A stretch of 64,000 nucleotides of DNA, from assembly GCA_036262835.1 (NCBI GenBank), contig DATAID010000105.1, forward strand, positions 35,303 through 99,302. Direction: 5' to 3'. Source of the DNA: Burkholderiales bacterium. GTDB taxonomy: Bacteria > Pseudomonadota > Gammaproteobacteria > Burkholderiales > SG8-39. The notes under the pieces were generated by a model. That model had not been told where the DNA came from and searched no databases. It worked only from the letters and a program-made list of their open reading frames with translations. Below are positions 60,694-64,000 of this stretch, one piece after another. The translations under genes and the position numbers were made by a program. Numbering within the stretch: position 1 is the stretch's first letter; each line of letters starts with the position of its first letter.

Positions 60694-61833
60694 CTAGCCG
60701 GAGCGGAGAATTTCCAGGTTGGCCTGGCGCACGTCCTTCACGCCGCAGAGCGCCATCGAGACGTCGAGCTCCTTGCGGAGGATCTCGAGGGCGAGAGAGA
60801 CGCCCTCCTCGCCCAGCGCGCCGAGCGCCCAGGCGAACGCCCGCCCGATCAGGGTGCCGCGCGCGCCGAACGCCAGCGCGCGCAGCACGTCCTGCCCCGA
60901 GCGCACGCCGCCATCGAAGAGCACCTCGCAGCGGCCGGCCACCGCGTCGACCACCTCGGGCAGGGCGCGGATGGAGGACACCGTGCCGTCGAGCTGGCGC
61001 CCGCCATGGTTGGAGACGACGACCGCGTCGGCGCCGGTCGAGACGGCGATCCTCGCGTCCTCGGCGTCGAGGATGCCTTTCAGGATGAGCTTGCCGCCCC
61101 AGAGCTTCTTGACCCACTCGACGTCGCGCCAGGAGAGCGTCGGATCGAACTGTCCCGCGATCCATTGCGAGAGCGTGAGCAGGTTGTCGGCGCCCTTGAT
61201 CTGTCCTTCGAGGTTTCCAAACGAGCGGCGACGGCTCGTCATCACGTTCAACGCCCAGCCCGGCTTCCTCAGGATATCCAGAAAAGTGGCCGGCGTAAGC
61301 CGTGGCGGCACGGTCAGGCCGTTCTTCAAGTCCATGTGCCGCTGGCCCTGGATCTGCAAGTCGAGCGTCAGCACGAGCGCGGAGCATTTCGCCGCCTTGG
61401 CGCGCTCGATCAACGAGGCCGCGAAGCCGCGGTCGCGGAACACGTAGAGCTGGAACCAGAAAGGCTTCTGCACTTCGGCGGCGACGTCCTCGATCGAGCA
61501 GATCGACATGGTCGAGAGCGTGAAGGGCACGCCGAACTTCGCGGCCGCGCGCGCGCCGAGGATCTCGCCGTCGGCCCAGTTGAGGCCCGTCAGCCCGACG
61601 GGCGCGATCGCGACCGGCATGGCGACTTCCTGGCCGACGAGCGTCGTCCTGGTCGAGCGCTTGTCCACGTTGATCGCAACGCGCTGGCGCAGGTGCACGC
61701 CTTCCAGGTCCGCGCGGTTCGCTCGCAGCGTCTCCTCGCTGTAGGAGCCGCGCGACACGTAATCGAAGATGGCCTTGGCGACCCGCCGCTCGGCGATCCG
61801 GCGCAGGTCTTCAATGCAGGTGATGACGGGCAT
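60694..61833 (-). CDS. FMN-dependent alpha-hydroxy-acid dehydrogenase/oxidase (LldD-like)
   Basis: Starts MPVITCIEDLRRIAERRV.KAIFDY, continuing SNHGGRQLD and GGVRSGQDV. 379 aa from ATG 61833. Confidence 0.8.
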   Translation of the reverse strand: MPVITCIEDLRRIAERRVAKAIFDYVSRGSYSEETLRANRADLEGVHLRQRVAINVDKRSTRTTLVGQEVAMPVAIAPVGLTGLNWADGEILGARAAAKFGVPFTLSTMSICSIEDVAAEVQKPFWFQLYVFRDRGFAASLIERAKAAKCSALVLTLDLQIQGQRHMDLKNGLTVPPRLTPATFLDILRKPGWALNVMTSRRRSFGNLEGQIKGADNLLTLSQWIAGQFDPTLSWRDVEWVKKLWGGKLILKGILDAEDARIAVSTGADAVVVSNHGGRQLDGTVSSIRALPEVVDAVAGRCEVLFDGGVRSGQDVLRALAFGARGTLIGRAFAWALGALGEEGVSLALEILRKELDVSMALCGVKDVRQANLEILRSG

Positions 61834-61879
61834 GGCGGGCCCGAGTGTTTCACATCGTGAGATACAATGCCACTCCCCC

Positions 61880-62680
61880 ATGGCGGCGCGCAGCGATCAG
61901 AAGAACGAGCGCAAGAATCCCATCCAGGTCATTGCCCGGATGATGAAGCTGCTCGACGTCCTCGCGGAGCATCCCGAGCCGCTGGGACTCAAGCAGGTTG
62001 CCCAGTACACGGGGCTGCATCCCTCCACCGCGCACCGGATTCTCTCGGCGATGGCGGGCGATCGCCTCGTCGATCGCATCGAACCGGGCAGCTACCGGCT
62101 GGGCATGCGGCTCCTCGAGCTCGGCAACCTCGTCAAGTCGCGCATCAACGTGCGCGAGATGGCGCTGCCGGTGATGCGCGAGCTGCATGCGCAGATCGGC
62201 GAGACGGTCAACCTCTCGGTGCGCCACGACGACGAGATCGTCTACGTGGAGCGCACCTCCTCGGGTCGCTCGGCGATGCGCGTGGTGCACGTGATCGGCA
62301 CGCGCGCGGCGCTTCACATCACCGCGGCGGGCAAGCTTTTCCTGCTCGAGGAAGGCTTCCCGCGCCTGCGCGAGTACGCCAAGCGCACCGGCCTCACCGG
62401 GCACACCAAGAACACGCTCACGAGCCTGCCGCTCCTTGAGCGCGAGCTTGGCCGCATCCAGACCCAAGGCTTCGCGACCGACGCCGAGGAAGCGGAGCTC
62501 GGCGTGCGCTGCGTCGCCGCCCCGGTAAGGGATGACGCAGGCCACCTCGTCGCCGCGCTCTCGATCTCCTCGCCCGCCGACCGCATGAAGGCGACCTGGG
62601 GACCGCTCGTCAAGGAATCGGCCGAGCGAATCTCGCACGCCATCGGCTATCGCAAGGAAGGCGTCCGGCTCGGGGCTTAG
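61880..62680 (+). CDS. IclR-family transcriptional regulator
   Basis: N-terminal wHTH (IQVIARMMKLLDVLAE...LGLKQVAQYTGLHPSTAHRIL) and a C-terminal IclR effector domain (ELGVRCVAAPV). Divergent from the lldD-like gene. Confidence 0.8.
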   Translation: MAARSDQKNERKNPIQVIARMMKLLDVLAEHPEPLGLKQVAQYTGLHPSTAHRILSAMAGDRLVDRIEPGSYRLGMRLLELGNLVKSRINVREMALPVMRELHAQIGETVNLSVRHDDEIVYVERTSSGRSAMRVVHVIGTRAALHITAAGKLFLLEEGFPRLREYAKRTGLTGHTKNTLTSLPLLERELGRIQTQGFATDAEEAELGVRCVAAPVRDDAGHLVAALSISSPADRMKATWGPLVKESAERISHAIGYRKEGVRLGA

Positions 62681-62687
62681 CAAATCC

Positions 62688-63671
62688 CTAGGCGGCGAGG
62701 AGCCCGTGCAGCGAAAACAGCCCGCGGCGGTCGAGCCACACCTTCGCGCCTCGAAATCCGGCGCGCCCGGCAAGCGCCTGAAACTCCGGCGCCGAATACT
62801 TGCAGGAATTCTCGCTGTGAATGGATTCGCCCGCGTCGAACGCGAATCGGTGGCGGCCAAGCTTGACGCGCTGGGCTTTCAGCGACACGAGGTGCATCTC
62901 GATGCGGCCGAGCGGCGCGTTGTAGAACGCGTAGTGCCGAAAGGCGCGCAGGTCGAAGTCAGCGCCGAGCTCGCGGTTGATTCGCGCGAGCAAGTTCAGG
63001 TTGAACTGGGCGGTCACGCCGCGCGCGTCGTTGTAGGCGGCGTGGAGCACGTTGGCGTCCTTCTTCAGGTCGACGCCGACGAGCATGGCGCCGCCCGCGC
63101 CGACCTGCGCGCGCGTCATGCGCAAAAACGCGTGCGCCTCGCCCGGCGTGAGGTTGCCGATCGTCGAGCCGGGAAAGTAGACCACGCGCCGGCCGGCGCG
63201 CCCCGGCACCGGAATCTTGAGCGGCTGCGAGAAGTCGCCATGCACCGCGCGAATGTCGAGCCAGGGGAACTCGCGCTCCAGGCGCGCGGCCGCGCCGCGC
63301 AGCGCATCCTGGGAAATGTCGACCGGAACGTACACCGCCGGCCGCACCGCGCGGATGAGGAGCCGCGACTTCAGGCTCTCGCCGCTGCCATACTCGATCA
63401 GGATGCTGCCGCGCCCCGCGAAGCGGCCGATGGCGGCGATGTGCGCGCGCGTGAGCGCAAGCTCGCTCCGCGTCGGGTAATACTCCGGCAGGCGGCAGAT
63501 CGCCTCGAAGAGGCGGCTGCCTTTTGCGTCGTAGAAGTATTTCGGCGGCAGCGCCTTCTGGCGCTGCGAGAGGCCGGCGATGACGTCCTCGCGAAAGCTG
63601 TCCGCGGGAACGACCGACTGAAGGATCTTCCTTAGAGGTGCTTGCTGCCGATGGCGGTCGTTTCGAGCCAC
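62688..63671 (-). CDS. egtD: EgtD-like L-histidine N-alpha-methyltransferase (Methyltransf_33 family)
   Basis: LPPKYFYDAKGSRLFEAICRLPEYYPTRSE, IEYGSGES, FPGSTIGN and ESIHSENSCKY motifs match the EgtD family as I recall it. ATG 63671 overlaps the upstream gene by 40 nt. Confidence 0.7.
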   Translation of the reverse strand: MARNDRHRQQAPLRKILQSVVPADSFREDVIAGLSQRQKALPPKYFYDAKGSRLFEAICRLPEYYPTRSELALTRAHIAAIGRFAGRGSILIEYGSGESLKSRLLIRAVRPAVYVPVDISQDALRGAAARLEREFPWLDIRAVHGDFSQPLKIPVPGRAGRRVVYFPGSTIGNLTPGEAHAFLRMTRAQVGAGGAMLVGVDLKKDANVLHAAYNDARGVTAQFNLNLLARINRELGADFDLRAFRHYAFYNAPLGRIEMHLVSLKAQRVKLGRHRFAFDAGESIHSENSCKYSAPEFQALAGRAGFRGAKVWLDRRGLFSLHGLLAA

Positions 63672-64000
63672 TTGCGGATGCGGTTGGCGTCTCCGATCCG
63701 CGATAGCCTACCCCAGGAGTCGAGCAGGATGACGTTCAGCTCGCGCGAGGCCATGCGCACCCGCATGACCAGGCACCTTCCCGCCTCCGAGATATAGCCG
63801 GTTTTCGACAGGCCGATGTCCCATTGTCCGGCGCGCACCAGGCCATTGGTGTTGTGAAAGCCGATCGCGCGGCCGCCAAACGAGTGCACCGTCGCGCTCG
63901 AGGTGGTCGAGTATTCGCGGATGAGCGGATACTCGTGCGCCTTCTCGACCAGCCGCGCCAGGTCGCGCGCGCTCGAGACGTTGGCCGCATCGAGCCCGGT
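63632..64000 (-). CDS. pbpG: C-terminal part of a D-alanyl-D-alanine endopeptidase (PbpG-like, S11 family); the 5' end lies outside the window
   Basis: The frame is open to the window edge. KTG motif (LSKTGYISEAG) and C-terminus ...VILLDSWGRLSRIGDANRIRKWLE. Confidence 0.6.
   Translation of the reverse strand, partial: TGLDAANVSSARDLARLVEKAHEYPLIREYSTTSSATVHSFGGRAIGFHNTNGLVRAGQWDIGLSKTGYISEAGRCLVMRVRMASRELNVILLDSWGRLSRIGDANRIRKWLETTAIGSKHL

Overview
GC-rich chromosomal window (roughly two-thirds G+C by eye, not computed). The gene order is what I associate with Betaproteobacteria, which is an inference from synteny only. No similarity search was run: every call rests on reading the supplied ORF translations for family motifs, plus start/stop geometry checked in the DNA.

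Layout:
- 1-13.5 kb: ypjD-like fragment, CorC-family transporter, pilC-pilD-coaE-zapD-yacG plus a stand-alone EAL gene. On the minus strand: Nudix/ThiE-like fusion, DUF815 ATPase, argJ, secA, M23 peptidase. On the plus strand: DUF721.
- 13.5-33 kb (minus): complete dcw cluster mraZ-rsmH-ftsL-ftsI-murE-murF-mraY-murD-ftsW-murG-murC-murB-ddl-ftsQ-ftsA-ftsZ. A REC-GGDEF gene sits between ftsZ and lpxC.
- 33-45.7 kb: scoAB, then a block rich in exported or uncharacterised proteins (DUF3293-like, membrane NERD, HiPIP, Ala/Lys-repeat protein, two tandem paralogs, a large hydrolase-like protein), then opgGH and an ArsR-like/GGDEF pair.
- 45.7-58 kb (minus): a tightly packed co-directional string of mmsA, a Tat-signal methyltransferase-like gene, a leaderless TAXI-like binding protein, CoA-transferase, enoyl-CoA hydratase, acyl-CoA dehydrogenase, a PrpD-family gene, parE, a 72-codon ORF and parC.
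- 58-64 kb: mnmC, CDF transporter, lldD-like gene, IclR regulator, egtD-like gene and a pbpG-like fragment.

I found no rRNA, tRNA, CRISPR array, IS element or prophage.

Most interesting observations:
1. The small ORF embedded between parE and parC ends in a perfect beta-clamp-binding pentapeptide (QLDLF).
2. A Tat-signal SAM-methyltransferase-like ORF is followed in the same frame, across a single TAG, by a signal-less TAXI-type binding protein inside an acyl-CoA operon.
3. Two tandem secreted paralogs share a Cys-bracketed C-terminal motif.
4. A stand-alone EAL protein with EVL and GGFG (in place of DDFG) is translationally coupled to zapD-yacG next to pilCD.

Many long ORFs in the six-frame track are antisense or out-of-frame artefacts of the high GC content and were not called.
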